64,000 bases of DNA, taken from positions 36,592,794 through 36,656,793 of the forward strand of contig JARDVH010000115.1 in the NCBI GenBank assembly GCA_030324005.1, read 5' to 3'. A program made the translations under genes and the position numbers. A model generated the notes under the pieces. The model ran no database searches. It was given only the letters and a program-made list of their open reading frames with translations, and was not told the DNA's origin. The DNA is from Negaprion brevirostris. Taxonomy: Eukaryota. This document shows positions 11,340 to 24,720 of the stretch, in pieces; the first letter of the stretch is position 1, and each line of letters starts with the position of its first letter.

Positions 11340-12010
11340 AGGTCCACAAATCAAGAGTCACTTTACTGGAAATGACTGAGCAGCACTAAATCAGAAGGCT
11401 GTGCTTCAACCAGTAAAATGTCATTAATCTCTGCAGCATCTTACAAGACTGCTGCTTGCTGATCAGGTGGCTATACTTTTCCAGTTGATGCCAGTCACCA
11501 ACCACATGTAATGAACAGGTCAGCACGTTACACATGTCACCATATCTCAGATATTCAGTGTATGGCTGCGTCAAACCAAATCATTAATGCCCTATTTAAT
11601 TGGGGTCATCCAATATATTACCGTCCTATGGGTACCAACACTTACATAAATTGCACTCACGTAGCCATTAAAGTACCAGCCGCTTTCATGAACAGAAAAA
11701 GCCATCATTCAATTCATGTCCAGATAAAGTGTGATCACCTCAGAAAGATCAAATCCTTTAGTTTCAAAAGCAGCAGGCAGAATATCTTCCATCCTGGAAG
11801 ATTTGTCCATTCTATTGTTTCAACCTTCCACTAATCCAAGGGGTAGCTGCGGGGAACACGCGAGCTGACATTACCCTTCTACAGCCTTAGCTTACCTGAC
11901 CCGATCAGCTACATAGTGCTGTGCAGCCACAAGGAATACAACTAGGTATGCTTTTGTGTTTTTGAAAGGGCTCGATGCCAGGTTGGGCATGGGCACTATT
12001 ACAAAATGCC
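11340..12010 (+). mobile_element. Decayed PIF/Harbinger transposase (HARBI1-like DDE)
   Basis: ORF 11511-11834 contains INCTHVAIKVPAAFMNRKSHHSIHVQIKCDH, matching the Harbinger motif IDCTH.AI.AP...NRKG.HS.NVQ.VCD. Surrounding frames are broken. Confidence 0.8.
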
Positions 12011-13383
12011 TGTCAATGTGACGTGCTGAAGACTTATAAAGCTATGAAGTAACACTGCAGACAAAACAGCCAAGTGAGACAAAGATGACTGTTGCCAAGC
12101 ACAATAATGGCTTTGATTTCCTACCTCAACAAATGTCATCCCATGATGCCTTTACTGATACTATTACAATGTAATTTCAGCAAACTTGGTGGAAGGCTTT
12201 GCTGCTTAAGATGCTTAGAGGCCAGCAACATCTTGGAGCTCAGACCAAGTCATGACTGGAATTTTCTAGCCCCAATGTGGTGGATGTGGCAAGCTGCTCA
12301 AACATCCATTGACCTCGGTGGGGCAGGAAGATCCTGCTGGCAGGAGGAACGGGAAAATTCCAGCCAGTGTCTGTCTGTCTTTCTTCAGACTGATGCACTT
12401 AAGGTGCTGCGAGGGCCATCTCCCTCAGTTAGATTTCTGGCACCGTTACAAGTATTGGTTGAGGGGGCAGCAAGGAAGCAGTTGTGCTGGTGTCCTGAGA
12501 GGGTAAAATGCACTGAATCCATTACACTACTGCAGTTCCATGAGACTAAGACTAATCAGATCCAATAAACTGAGGAGCGCAGACTGCAAAAGATGAGTGC
12601 CACCTTTAAAACTTATGTCTTTGGTCCATCAGACTGGATGGCAGCCAAATGAACTTCTTTCATTGAGGCAATTAACCCACGTTATGAAAGCCCATCTGAA
12701 TTGGCTAAGAAGTTGGCCACATGCTCCAAGGTAGACTACAGATTGGTACTGTCATGCAAGATGAAAGCACACAAGTTGGAAGGGAATGCCACTATTATTG
12801 CAGTAAAGGCACCAACACTTTGGCAGGCCTTCCAATACATGGTATATCTGGCTTGAGGGGCAAGCATTTTTTGTTTTCTATAACCAGCCATCTAACATCT
12901 CTTTCCTCCTAAGCACAAGTGATCACAATTAATGTGCAGTCATGAAAATGGCTTGTCGTCACTCAACATGGGCTCTTTAAACAAATATAAAAATTTCAGA
13001 TGAGGTTTACTCACAGTCTAAAATGCAGAGCAAGTAAGTTTGACCTCCAAAAGATGAACCTTTGCAGCACCACGGAGAACTTTACCAACAAAGGGCAGAA
13101 TTATATTAAATAAATAACTTAATCGTTACAATGCTCATTTCACCCCACTACAAATGGATCAGAAATGGGAATATATATTTTACCAGCCAACCTGTTACAA
13201 GTTTTATCTGTTTGCTAGCCTCCAGAAACAGAAGGAGTAAGAAAGCCCCTCGAAGGGTAATACTGTAGTCATTCATATTGATCAAAGTGGCAGGCAAAGT
13301 GCATAAACAACCTTTCCCAGAAAGTGTAAAGAGTGAAGAGAAGAAGAAGTGAGCATGAAAAGCGTGAACAAACAAAATCTTAC

Positions 13384-13433
13384 TTGAACACTTTTATATG
13401 GTCAGCCAATTCAGGAATAGAAGTGATATCACC
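13384..13433 (-). CDS. FERMT2: Kindlin-2 exon 9
   Basis: Encodes GDITSIPELADHIKVF(K). Acceptor gttttag|GGT, donor AA|gtaaga; 50 nt. Confidence 0.96.
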
Positions 13434-13863
13434 CTAAAACAAGAACAAGTTTTCAGTTAGTCTAATTTGATAGTAGAATAAATCCATTGATCTCTAAGAA
13501 ACAAATGCAATTCACTATATATTTGCATTAATTGTTTAACAGAATATGCAAAATGTTTCTAGGTCTAAAAGACAAGGACGGGGGGGGGGGGGATTCAAAG
13601 ACAAAGTAACAATTCTATTGCAAAACACATCAGGAACCCAAGAAATAGCTTATGCACCACATAAGCATTACATTTGAGTACATTTACAATTTTCCCCAAA
13701 GCTTATTCTGCCAACAGAGCACAAATAACTCAACTAGCTGTCAAAATGTTGGATATTTTAAGGGACCAGGCACTGTGTGTAATCCAATCATGGTGACTGA
13801 ATTGAATTACAACAGATTTGTTCACTGAATCACAAGCTAAAAAGGACATATGATTTGACATAC

Positions 13864-13998
13864 CAGAATGGTTGATGTTTTGCCTCCTTCCAAAGTTATT
13901 TCCAAATCTGATAGGGCTGCATCTACTTCATCCACTTCTTTTTCACTGTTGTTCATGTGGTTTTCAGATGACATAATGGATAATTTGTTGATGTGATA
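13864..13998 (-). CDS. FERMT2: Kindlin-2 exon 8 (F2, includes the ILK-binding helix region)
   Basis: Encodes [45 protein letters not shown]. Acceptor ttccccag|TAT, donor CTG|gtatgt; 135 nt. Confidence 0.97.
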
Positions 13999-16496
13999 CT
14001 GGGGAAAGAAAGCTGCAGCTTGGTATGGGAGTTGTTGAAATAAGCAACTTTGCTAAAACTTTCATCCCATTTCATTAGAAGCCATGTTGATTCTAGGCAA
14101 ACTAATTAGAGGAGGAACATTTTAATTATTTCCTTTATCAAAGGGCAGGTTTCATAGTGCAGCACTGCATTACACTGAACATTTTGATGGATATCACCCG
14201 TTTAAATATTGTCATGAATAGTCTTAGTCTACTAGATGACAACAGCCTCGACTCAAAAGTAGCACTCATGGAATTTTAATATTGCCCCACATTACACTGG
14301 TGACTAGACTTTTTAAGTAGGTCAGGTGGGGGTTGATTAAGGACCAAAGTTTTGATAATAAGGGAAGGGCCATAGACATGTTCAGAGAGGGAATTCCAAA
14401 GGGTCCCTGATGGCTGGATATTTAAAAGAACTGGTGGACAAGTACAGTTAAGTTGTGGTTAAAGCTGCAATGAAAAGTCTTTTACAAAAAAAAATGAAAT
14501 GATCCTTGCAAGAATAGAGGGGTAACATTAGGGAGTGGCTGTTAATATTTGGATAAGTAGGAATGGAACCATGCAAGGGCAGTGTCAGAGCTGGACAAAG
14601 GAGGAAGCTGAATATAAGGCATTTCTAAAGTATGTTGTTTTTAGCTGTGGTTTAGTTTCAATTATAGATGTATTAGCATAATGCATTATGCAACTTGAAA
14701 GAAAGTTAAAAAAAAAATCACAAACAATCAAGGAGATGGGCCAAAATATTCATCGCACACACAAACTCTTTTTCTGCTTAATTTTTTTTGCACACTATTT
14801 TATTGTTGCAACTCCAAAGAAAACAGACTTTTCAACATAATCTAATGCGGCAAACAAATTAGTTGCAATACCTTAGATGCATTTCTAACAATTCAGAGCA
14901 AATATTCACAGACATACAAGTCTGAACTCCGTTTTTCATTTTTAAAACTAGTGCGTTCACATCAGCTAATTTTAAGACTGGAGCCCAGTGTGATATATAC
15001 AGAACTACACCGTTTACATCCTTGGTGATGAACATCATGTTGTCCAAGATATGTTAATCCATCAATATTCCAGACATTCAAGTTTGTTCATTGTCAGGGA
15101 GTGAAAGATAATAGAAGGCTGATGGGGAAACTAATTATAATTGGATGTATCACAACCTCAAATGAATTATCATTTAACTAAATCTAGCTAAAGATGGAAT
15201 GTGTCTTTTTTGGTCCTGCAAATGCAATTCAATACTTTACAAAATTAATGCAATGAAGTTTTATGATAAATGATTCTCACATCTCAGCTTCCCAATTGCA
15301 ATAATGTGTCACGAGGAACTGTGAAGCAGTTTCCACTTTTTAGTAATGTGAAGATTACATGACAACACTTGGTACCCACTTCACTGATGATCTTTTACAT
15401 CATCCAACATTCATTTAAGTAGTCTGCACCCGTTATTGGAAAGCCCAGTAATTTGCATCCATGTTTTCCTTTTGCTCCCCAATATTAATAAAATGCTCCT
15501 TTAGTCCAAATTTTGAATGAAGGTTTTGCAGCTGAAGAATGAATATGTCTTTTTGCTGAACTGATACTGACTGACTTGTTGCTGATTTCTGTCACTAGTA
15601 TTTACCGTTTGCATTTCCTGCTTCCAGATGAGAGTGATGAGAGATGTTACAAAGGTTACAGTTTTGCAGCATTGAGCACAACTGCAGAACAGCATCAAAC
15701 CTAGTTTTAAAAGAATGCTGAAGAAGTGTATTGGCATATGGTTGTTTTGCTCCCGTAAGGGGAAAAAAAAGTTAACGGAATTTAGAAGTTTTGTTTAGAA
15801 GATAGAAGAAATGTAAAAGTTTAAAACAGCAGCAGAAATTTTCAAAGACAAATAAATGCATCATCAATAAACAATATCTAGCAGTGGGGGAGGAGGAATT
15901 TGTCTCATTCCAATTACTTTACAATTTACCATAATAGAATACATCAAAAGCTATTAAACACCATGATGAATTCAATGGCAGGAAGGTGTTGAGGTCCCCA
16001 CCCTGCTCCGTTATACTTTACATGTTAATGCTATGATGCAGTTTTGTGGCTATGATTCATACATCCCTACTTGTCAATCTAAAAATGCAATAATACTGCC
16101 ACGTTTAACTGTAAAACAGCTACATAAAAATTCTGCAGTTATTAATCCAAACAGAAATTTGCTTCAGGTACTCGAAATTCTAACATTAGGAAATTCAACA
16201 TTGTAAGCTGTATTGGATTTATGCCAATGAATCATGGGACGCATCAGAGCTGAATCCATCACTACTTTTTGTGTCTTCTCATCCATTAAAAATATTGCAA
16301 TAGTAATTTGCTGAAATGTCAGAAATTTAAAAAGCCAATTTTAGTTGTATAGTGGAGCATCAGTTCTATACCAGTAGCTGAGTCACTAAAAGATGGTGCT
16401 GGAGTGAGACAAATTCTTGCAAGCTGTGCCCAGCATACCTTCTAATTAACTTTTACTCTTGTTCTATGCTTCTAAAACTTCACTCCAACTCAAACT

Positions 16497-16695
16497 CCCT
16501 GCTGCCATCAGACATTTGAATGGACCTACCTTGCATTAAGTTGATCCTTCTCTACACCCTAGCTATGACTGTAACACTACATTCTGTACTCTCATTTCCT
16601 TCTCTATGAACGGTATGCTTTGTCTGTATAGTGCACAAGAAACAATACTTTTCACTATATGCTAATACATGTGACAATAATAAATCAAATCAAAA
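16497..16695 (+). mobile_element. Young LINE 3' UTR ending in aataaatcaaatcaaa (Rex1/Babar- or L2-like)
   Basis: The same tail (acttttcactatatgctaatacatgtgacaataataaatcaaatcaa) recurs at 21528-21660 and in reverse at ~38693-38760. Confidence 0.65.
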
Positions 16696-18839
16696 GATGT
16701 CAAGCATTCCAATACTAATGGCTGCTTCAAATAATGATGAGAAATATGAAGTGGCCTACAGAGACCAATAGCTTAAACTTTCTTCAAATCCATAGACTAC
16801 TTTGCATATCAATTCTAATCATTATTTTTAGATAAAATTACAAGAAAAACATCACACCATTGATTCTGAAAGTTTAACAACACGTATAAAAACTGTGTTG
16901 ATTGCAATAAAACAAGTCAGGCACATTTTCTATCAGTTAGTCAAATTGCGAAGATCACACAAATACACCCTGATCTACAAATTGGAAACATGTGTGAAGA
17001 TGGAATTTACACACTGGATTAGCATACCACAGACAATGTAATTCAAATTATTTACAACTGAAATAATGCTTAGATCAGACTCTTTCATCGAGGTTAGAAC
17101 TTGAACAGCCTTTTTAATATTCCTACACCATTCTGCCCTTGTTAGCACTGATGAGGAGTTTTAGCAGACTGTTTTACAGTGGAGACATATTGCGAATGGT
17201 AATACTGGCCAATTTGTTTTCCCTCTGTAAACCAGATGCTCGACCTAGTTTATGCTGACCCAGCACGGGCCTGAAATCTAATCTTGAATCTTCCTGGTCA
17301 GTATGTATCAGCAATTTTTAAGATAAACCTAAACCCATAGGATAATTTCCTACCTCAGTCTTACAATGAAAATATCCTTCCTGAACTTGCTGATTTTGCA
17401 GGAAAAGAAATTTTCAGACGCACATTGAATTTAAAGCTACCAACATTAACTGTAGGGAATCTTTTTTTTCTACATGGTAAACTATTTTTTTGATCATAGC
17501 TAAGTTAGGATTTAGACAATCCTTATGCTTATAATCCTTATAAGTCTTCCTTATGCTGCCAGACACTGTGGGCTTTTGAACAATTTCTGTTCAAACTTAA
17601 CCCAATTCAGTGTACCAATCTTGTTCACCATATGTCCATTGTAGCATAACTATTCCCACTGGCACAATAAAAGGCTTCTTAATATAATATCCAACAGTTG
17701 TTAAATGCAATCAAGAGCCAGAAACAACACCTTTAGTGAACTACCATCAGAAGCCAATTTAGCTTACGTATCAGATTGTGTAACCATCCCTTTATTACAA
17801 CATACAGAACCATAGAATTATTACAGCTTAGCAGGAGGCTATTTTGCCCAGTGACTCCCTACAACAGCTGCTCAGCTAGTCCCACTCGCTACCTTTTCTC
17901 CATAGCCTTGCAATTTCTCTCTCGTCAGATTACTATTCAAAAAGCTATGACTGTATTTGCTTCCACTACAAGCTCAGCCAGTGCATTCCAAATCCTAACC
18001 AACTGATGCATTAAATAAGGTAAAAGTTGTTACTTTTGCCAGTCAACTTAAATCTGTATCCTCTGGTTCTCAACGCTAATGTGCTGACAATAGAACAATT
18101 TCATCCTATGTGTTCTGTCTCAGCCCCCATGACTTTGAGCAAATAATTAGGCATGTATTCCATATGTAATGATTTTGTAGTTTCTCTATTAAGCTTTAGT
18201 TTTAGAATTTTTAAACCATTTGTTACACTGATCAGTGTTGTCAATCCAAACGCTGGCGTTTTCATAGTTTCTGAACACAAATGTACAATAAAAACTAAAA
18301 TGCACCGAAATGTATTAAACAAAATAAGAGACTGAATAATTTTCTCAGCAAATCATATATTCAGTACATTATGTAGCAGTGTTGAAGATACCAGCCCATT
18401 TAAGTTGACATCTTGTTGGGGTAGACAGAGAGGTTGGGGTCAGGAGAGAGATCTTACCTAATCCCTCAGAGGTTTAAATGGTTACCCACTGTGTTTGGAT
18501 GAGTGACCAGTGTACAGGAATTGCCAGCTCTTTCAAAATAACCACTGGGAAGGAAGGCCATATTGAAAAATCAACACGCCATGTAGGGAAATGAAACTGC
18601 ATTCCCGCCATCCTCTTCAACCAAGTGAAAATTCAGTCTGATGGGTCAGTTTGACATACTTTGTAGTACCTGCCTCTGAATTTAAAACCACACTCATATT
18701 TGTGCCCAAACGCACTTCCAAAAAGTGTTCCTTTAGGTTGAATATTGTACCACAAGATTCTCTTCTATCTGAAGAACATAGCAATATGGATGACTAAAAG
18801 GATGAAATGGACAATACTGGTGATTCCATTTGTAACACT

Positions 18840-21427
18840 GGCCCTTGAGCCTGCTCCGCCATTCAATAAGGTCATGGCTGATTGCATTGTAATCTCAACC
18901 CCAGATTCCTTTTCATGCCATTGTTAAGCAATAACATATCTAGCTCTGTCTTTATTAAATTCAAGAATTGTGCTTCTAGAGCCTTTTGAAGAAATGAGTT
19001 GCAGTCACAACCCTCAGAAAAAAATGAGTGACTCTTTTATAAACAGTGGCCCTTTATTCCAGATTCTCTGACAAGAGAAAACATCTGTTTCACAGCCACC
19101 CTCTCAATATCCCTCAGGATTTGGTCGAGTCACTTCTCACTCTCCTAAATTTCAGTGGATATGAATTAAACCTCTTTAAGCTTTCCTCATAAGACAACTC
19201 ATTCTGGGCATTTGCCTTGTAAACCTTCTTTAAAATGTTTCTAAAAGTATTTAGGTCTTTCTTTAGATGACGGAGGCCTGCACTGCACACAATATGCCAG
19301 ATGTGGTCTCACCAAAGCCCTGCATAGCTGAAGCAAAACTTCCCTACTTTTGTAATCAATTCCCCTAACATTCACCTTCCTAATTACTTGTAGTACCTGT
19401 ATGTTAGCCTCTTGTTATTCATGCAGTAGGACAACGAGATCCCCCTGCACTTCTGAGCTCTGCAATCCCATCCCATTTATATATTAAGCTTTTTTTTGAT
19501 TCTTCTGGCAAAAATGGACAATTTCACATTTGCGCACATTATACTTTGTTTCCCAGATTTTTGTTTGCTCACGTAACCTATGTCCATTTGTAGCCATTTT
19601 AAGTCCTCTTCGCAATTTACTTTCCTACCTATCGTCATCAGCAAATTTAGCAACCATACCTTTGGTCTCTTCAGCCATGTCATTTATATAAATTGTAAGA
19701 AGCTGAGGCCCAAGCACTGATCTCTGTAGACACCACTCAATTATATTGTTCCAACCAAAAAATGACCCATTTATGCCAACTGTTTCCGATTAGCCAGCCA
19801 ATCTTCAATTCATGCCACGATGTTACCCCATACACTGTGAGCTTTTATTTTTTGCTATAATCTTTGATGTGGCAACTTATCAAATGCCTTCTGGAAATCT
19901 AAGAACAGTACATCCACCGACTCCCCATTATTCACAGCACATTAGCCTTCAAAGAGGTCCAATAAATTGGTTGTTTTGTTTTTCACAAAACTATGTTGAC
20001 TGCCTGATTGCTTGAATTTTTCCAAGTATCCAGCTATCACATCTTCAGTAATGGCTTCTAACATTTTTCCTATGACAGAGTTTGGGCTAGCTGGCCTGCA
20101 GTCTCTAGCTTTTGGTCTCCCTCACTTTTTGAATGAAGGAATTGCTGTTGATATCTTCAAATCTAATGGAATCTTCCCTGAATTTAGGGAATTTGGAAAA
20201 TTAAAACCAACATTTCATTAGCCACTTCTTTAAAAACCTCGGATGAAGTCCATCAGGAGCTGGCAATTTGTTACGCAGCTCCATCAATCTTAATACAAGT
20301 TACTCCCTTCTTCATTTCCTGACATAGTTATTTCTGCGATGTTACTGGTATCCTCTACCATGAAGACTGAAGCAAAGTATCTGTTCAATTTATCTGCCAT
20401 TGCTCTGATTTGAATATCAATTCCCCAAATGCACATTCTTTGGGACCAACATTCTATTTTGTTAACTCTTTTATTTAAGTATCTATAGAAAATCTTACTA
20501 TTCATCATCATATTGCTAGCCATCTTTCCTTCATAATCTCCATCAATCTTTTTGTAATTTTTTGATGTTCTACATATTCTTTCCAATCTTCTGACCTGCT
20601 ACTTGTCTTTGCGCAAATATATATTTTTTTGTTTAATATATCTTTAAATTTTTTTTAGTTAATCATGGTTGAGAGGTCCTCCAATTGGAATTTTTCCACT
20701 CTCGTTGGAATAAGCCTATTCTGTGTATTCTGAAATACCCCTTTAAATGTCTGCCCCTAAAGGCCCTAAGCATATTTGCCAGTCCACTTTAACTAGCTCC
20801 TCTTTCATACTCTCATAATTGCCCTTATTTAAGTTTAGAATACTAGCCTTGGGCACAAACTTCTCTACCTCAAACCTAATGTAAAATTCAATCACATTAT
20901 GATCACTGGTACCTAGGGATGCCTAGACTATGATGTTATCAATTAAGCCTATCTCACTGGGCAATACTACATCTAGCCTGGCCTCTGGTTGGCTCCAGAA
21001 TATGCAGTTCTAAGAAACTATCCCAAAAACATTTGATGAACTCCTCATCTACACTACTTTTGCCCATCTGATCTTTTCACAATTTGAATTATCACTGTAC
21101 CTTTCTGAAGTGTTCCCATGATCTCTTCTTTCATAATTGTGACCTGGTAGGACAGAGTAAGGAGGCAGTACACCACATCCACAAGTAGCTTCTTGCCTTT
21201 ATCTTCCTCATTGAAACCGACATATCCTGACATCTTGGTTTCTTGAACTTAGATCATCTTTCTTTAATGTGCTAATACCATCATTAATTAACAGAGCCAC
21301 CCTCCAACTATTCTTGATGCCATTTCTAAACGTAACATACCTATTATATTCAGGTCCCAATTTAAGTCACCCAATAGCCATGGCTCTGCAATGGCTATCA
21401 GATATTTATTTCTATTTGCGTTATCAA
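18840..21427 (-). mobile_element. CR1 LINE, decayed ORF2 (endonuclease to reverse transcriptase) plus 3' end
   Basis: ORF pieces YLIAIAEPWLLGDLNWDLNIIG (endonuclease) and NSKIFYRY...MADKLNRYFASVF (tether); RT-region remnants near 19480-19900. Confidence 0.88.
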
Positions 21428-21527
21428 NNNNNNNNNNNNNNNNNNNNNNNNNNNNNNNNNNNNNNNNNNNNNNNNNNNNNNNNNNNNNNNNNNNNNNNNN
21501 NNNNNNNNNNNNNNNNNNNNNNNNNNN

Positions 21528-21690
21528 ACTTTTCACTATATGCTAATACATGTGACAATAATAAATCAAATCAATTCATAGACAAGTAGCTGTACTGGAT
21601 CATTAAGAACAATACTTTTCACTATATGCTAATACATGTGACAATAATAAATCAAATCAATTCATAGACAAGTAGCTGTACTGGATCATT
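21528..21690. repeat. Exact 77-bp direct repeat, period 86 bp
   Basis: 21528-21604 equals 21614-21690; lies directly next to an N gap. Confidence 0.9.
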
Positions 21691-22014
21691 CACATGCATT
21701 TTCACACCATTTCCAAGAACGAATGCCATTAGATGGTATAGTACAAGCAACTGAAGAGTGACTAGTGCACAGCAAGCCGGAAGGAAACAGTACACAATTT
21801 CAGTGAGACTGACTCACTTCCTGAGGCAGGACAGGAGAGATAATTATTAGGTTTCCATGGGAGGAAGCTTCAAAATAAAATATTTCAAGATAGAAACTGC
21901 AGACCAGTATTGGCTGATGCCTGTGTCTGCTCAAATTCATTACAGAAGTTGATGTGGTCATAACCTTTATTGCCACAGTAAGAACAGTGCAGGCAGATAA
22001 TCCAATAAATTTCT

Positions 22015-22195
22015 GTGGATGCTGGAATCTGAAGCAAAAACAAAACATGCTGGAAAATCTCAGCATGTATGGCTAACTTTGAGTTTGAATGACTCTTCAT
22101 TGAAGAGTCATCCTGACGCGAAACATTGGCTGTTTTTCCTACACAGATGGTATCAGACCTGCTGAGATTTTCTAGCATTTTCTGTTCTGTTTCAG
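22015..22195. mobile_element. Penelope-like pseudo-LTR inverted repeat
   Basis: Arms atgctggaaaatctcagca / tgctgagattttctagcat around the perfect core atgactcttca-t-tgaagagtcat. Single arms occur at ~37865-37950 and ~57730-57825. Confidence 0.7.
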
Positions 22196-23489
22196 GCAGG
22201 TGATCATGCTTGAAGGTCCTTGTACAATAGGGATACAACTTCTCTTTTTGTTTTAAATTGTGGAAGTCCAAGGTTACACGTGCCTTCACAATAAGATGCT
22301 GTTTTAATCTGGGTTGTCTGTATATACATTATAGTGATGGAGGGGTAACTTCTGGGACCTTATATCTTTATTAAATTCTGCCTTAACCTTTACCCCTCAA
22401 ATGATAGTATAAAGGTGTGCTGTAGGGCAGGCGACACTTGCACTTCAGCAGTTCTCAAGTGCAGTTGTGTAGATGTGCATATGTGACTGAGACACAAAAA
22501 GCACCAGTAGTCTCACTCACAGAAGCAAATCCAAGGATATGCTGGCAAATGTCACCACCAGGATTCTGCCCCCCCACCCCTTCCCTTCAAAAAGCCAATA
22601 ATTCTTATTGGCAAAAACCTAATTTCTGCCTACATCAATATTGCTAACAACTAAATGACCCAATGATGATGTAATACCAGTGCATTTGAAACTGCAGAGG
22701 CTACTATCTCTCACCGAAACACAATGAAATGGGGAAGGAACAAACGTGTCAGACGTGTGAATCTGTCAATTTTGACAAGATGTACAGAAACAGCTGCTGC
22801 CCAAAATAAAAAAAGGAGGTCCTCATTTTACATAGAAGTAGTACTGAAGAGGGCATGGAGTTTTAGTGCCTAGACTACCAAGGGGGGCCTCAAAGAAATG
22901 TTAATCAATCACTCCATTACATGGATTGCATCACCACAGCAGTATAATGGTCAAAAGTGATATGATACATAATGCCCAAAGTGTTAAAAGCAGAACAACA
23001 ATTGATTTTGGGAAATTAAACACAAGCTTTTCATTGAAGAATACCATGCCAGTTTATATAAATTAATTGCTCGGTTTAAACCTTGGTCATTACCAAGCTT
23101 TGATTAATATGAATGATTAATATGAATGTTATATCAAGATCTCATGAGCATTTGGAATTTGGATGTCAAAGACTCTGGAACAATGCATTAAACCATTAGA
23201 AATTCTTATAGTTGAGCAAATATAGAGGCAATATTTAAAACGTTTGACCCCAAAAAAATGTTGATTGCATTACTCTAAGCTGCAGCATTTCCTAAAAGAT
23301 TTGCATGGCCATTTCCTATGTAACTATAAATAGTTATGTTTAGTTTAAAAGAATTGCTCACCTTGCCAAAAAAGTGTGTTTATCTGGAAACTGAAGCCAA
23401 AACAGGAGGAGTGGTGTGTTCCACAAGACTTCAACTAGTGAGGAGGAGGAACAAGCCTCCAGGGCAAAAAAAATCACACAGATGTGCAA

Positions 23490-24720
23490 CTAATGGTGAC
23501 ACTGGAGGGCTTTTATTACCAAATATAGAATGGAAGAATGTAAGGGGAGGAATTTATTTAAGCTTGTTCAGAAGTTTCTTGACCAGTAAATTCTTCGTTC
23601 TGGTAGGAAGGAGGCATTGCTGGATCTGGTGCTGGAGAATGATGTGGGTCAATCAATCAAGGATGTCTGTGGGGGAATTGCTTGGTTAAGAATGATCATT
23701 GTATCATAAGGTTTAGATTAGTCATGGAGGAGAAGAATAAGGATTAATCTATAGTAGAACTTCCAAACTGGAAGAGGGCTAACTTCAACGGAACCAGAGA
23801 GGATCCAGCCAGCATAGAATGGAACCAGACTGACAGGAAAAATGGTAAAAGGAACAATGAGTAATGTTCAGGTGCAAGTTAGGTATAGTCCAGCAGGAGA
23901 ACCAGGGTTCCTTGGACAGCAAAGGAGACAGAGAATATGAAGAAATAAAACAAAAAAGGTGTATGATGTAAATTCTTCAAGCAATTACCAGACCAAATAC
24001 ACTGCTGGTGAGTAGCACTCTCAGATTTATGGACGCCACGCCCTCCTTTTTAAAAGGAGCACTAACTTCCTTAAACCAGGCAAATTAAATGTCCAGTGAA
24101 AAGTCTCCCAGGCCGGTCAAGGAGCTTAAGTGTATAAAACAAGCAAGTAGGATTTGGGGAAAGTTGGTGGTGGTGCCAGCCTGGGAAAGAGTCCCACAGC
24201 GTTGGGGGAATATCATGGGTTAGGGAATTCATGTTAGGGGGTGTAATCCCTCAGGTATGGATCTGTACAATAGTTACCCAGAAGAGGTTCTAGCTCTTTT
24301 TCTGGGTAACTGTTGATGTAACCCTTTTAAAATTGAATTTCCCCTGGGGAAGCTTGCACTTCTATGCAATTGTCATGCAAACCTTACCTGTAAACCTCCA
24401 AAAGGGGATTCCATCCTCCCTCCCCACCCAGTACAACATCTTGGCGCTCAGAAGTTACAGCCCAAAGGATATATTGTATTTATCCTTACTAAAACAGAGT
24501 TGACAAAATATTGTTAGAAGGAGGAGGTAGTAGTGAAAACAGATGGGGTGAAACTTGATCGGCATGATGTACTAGAAGGCTGGCTATTTTTGAAAATAAG
24601 TCACCTGGTCCCGATGACTAACATCCCACGTTGCCAAGAAAAGTGGGTGCAGAGATAGGCGAAGGGCTTGCCGTAGTCTTTCAATCTTCCCCTAATAAAG
24701 GGGGAGGTGCCATAAGGTAG
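23490..24720 (+). mobile_element. Fragmented CR1 LINE
   Basis: gcattgctggatctggtgctgg (LLDLVL), aactggaagagggctaacttc (NW.RANF), aagtcacctggtcccgatg (KSPGPD); interrupted by other sequence. Confidence 0.7.

Noticed and set aside
13148-13380. Pyrimidine-rich tract and several AGs just after the exon 9 donor, suggesting an extra exon
   Set aside because: The AG-to-GT combinations I tried hit a stop codon or lacked a convincing donor.
21528-21690. Exact 77-bp tandem duplication as a biological feature
   Set aside because: It is 100% identical and abuts an N gap, so it is most likely a gap-filling artefact.
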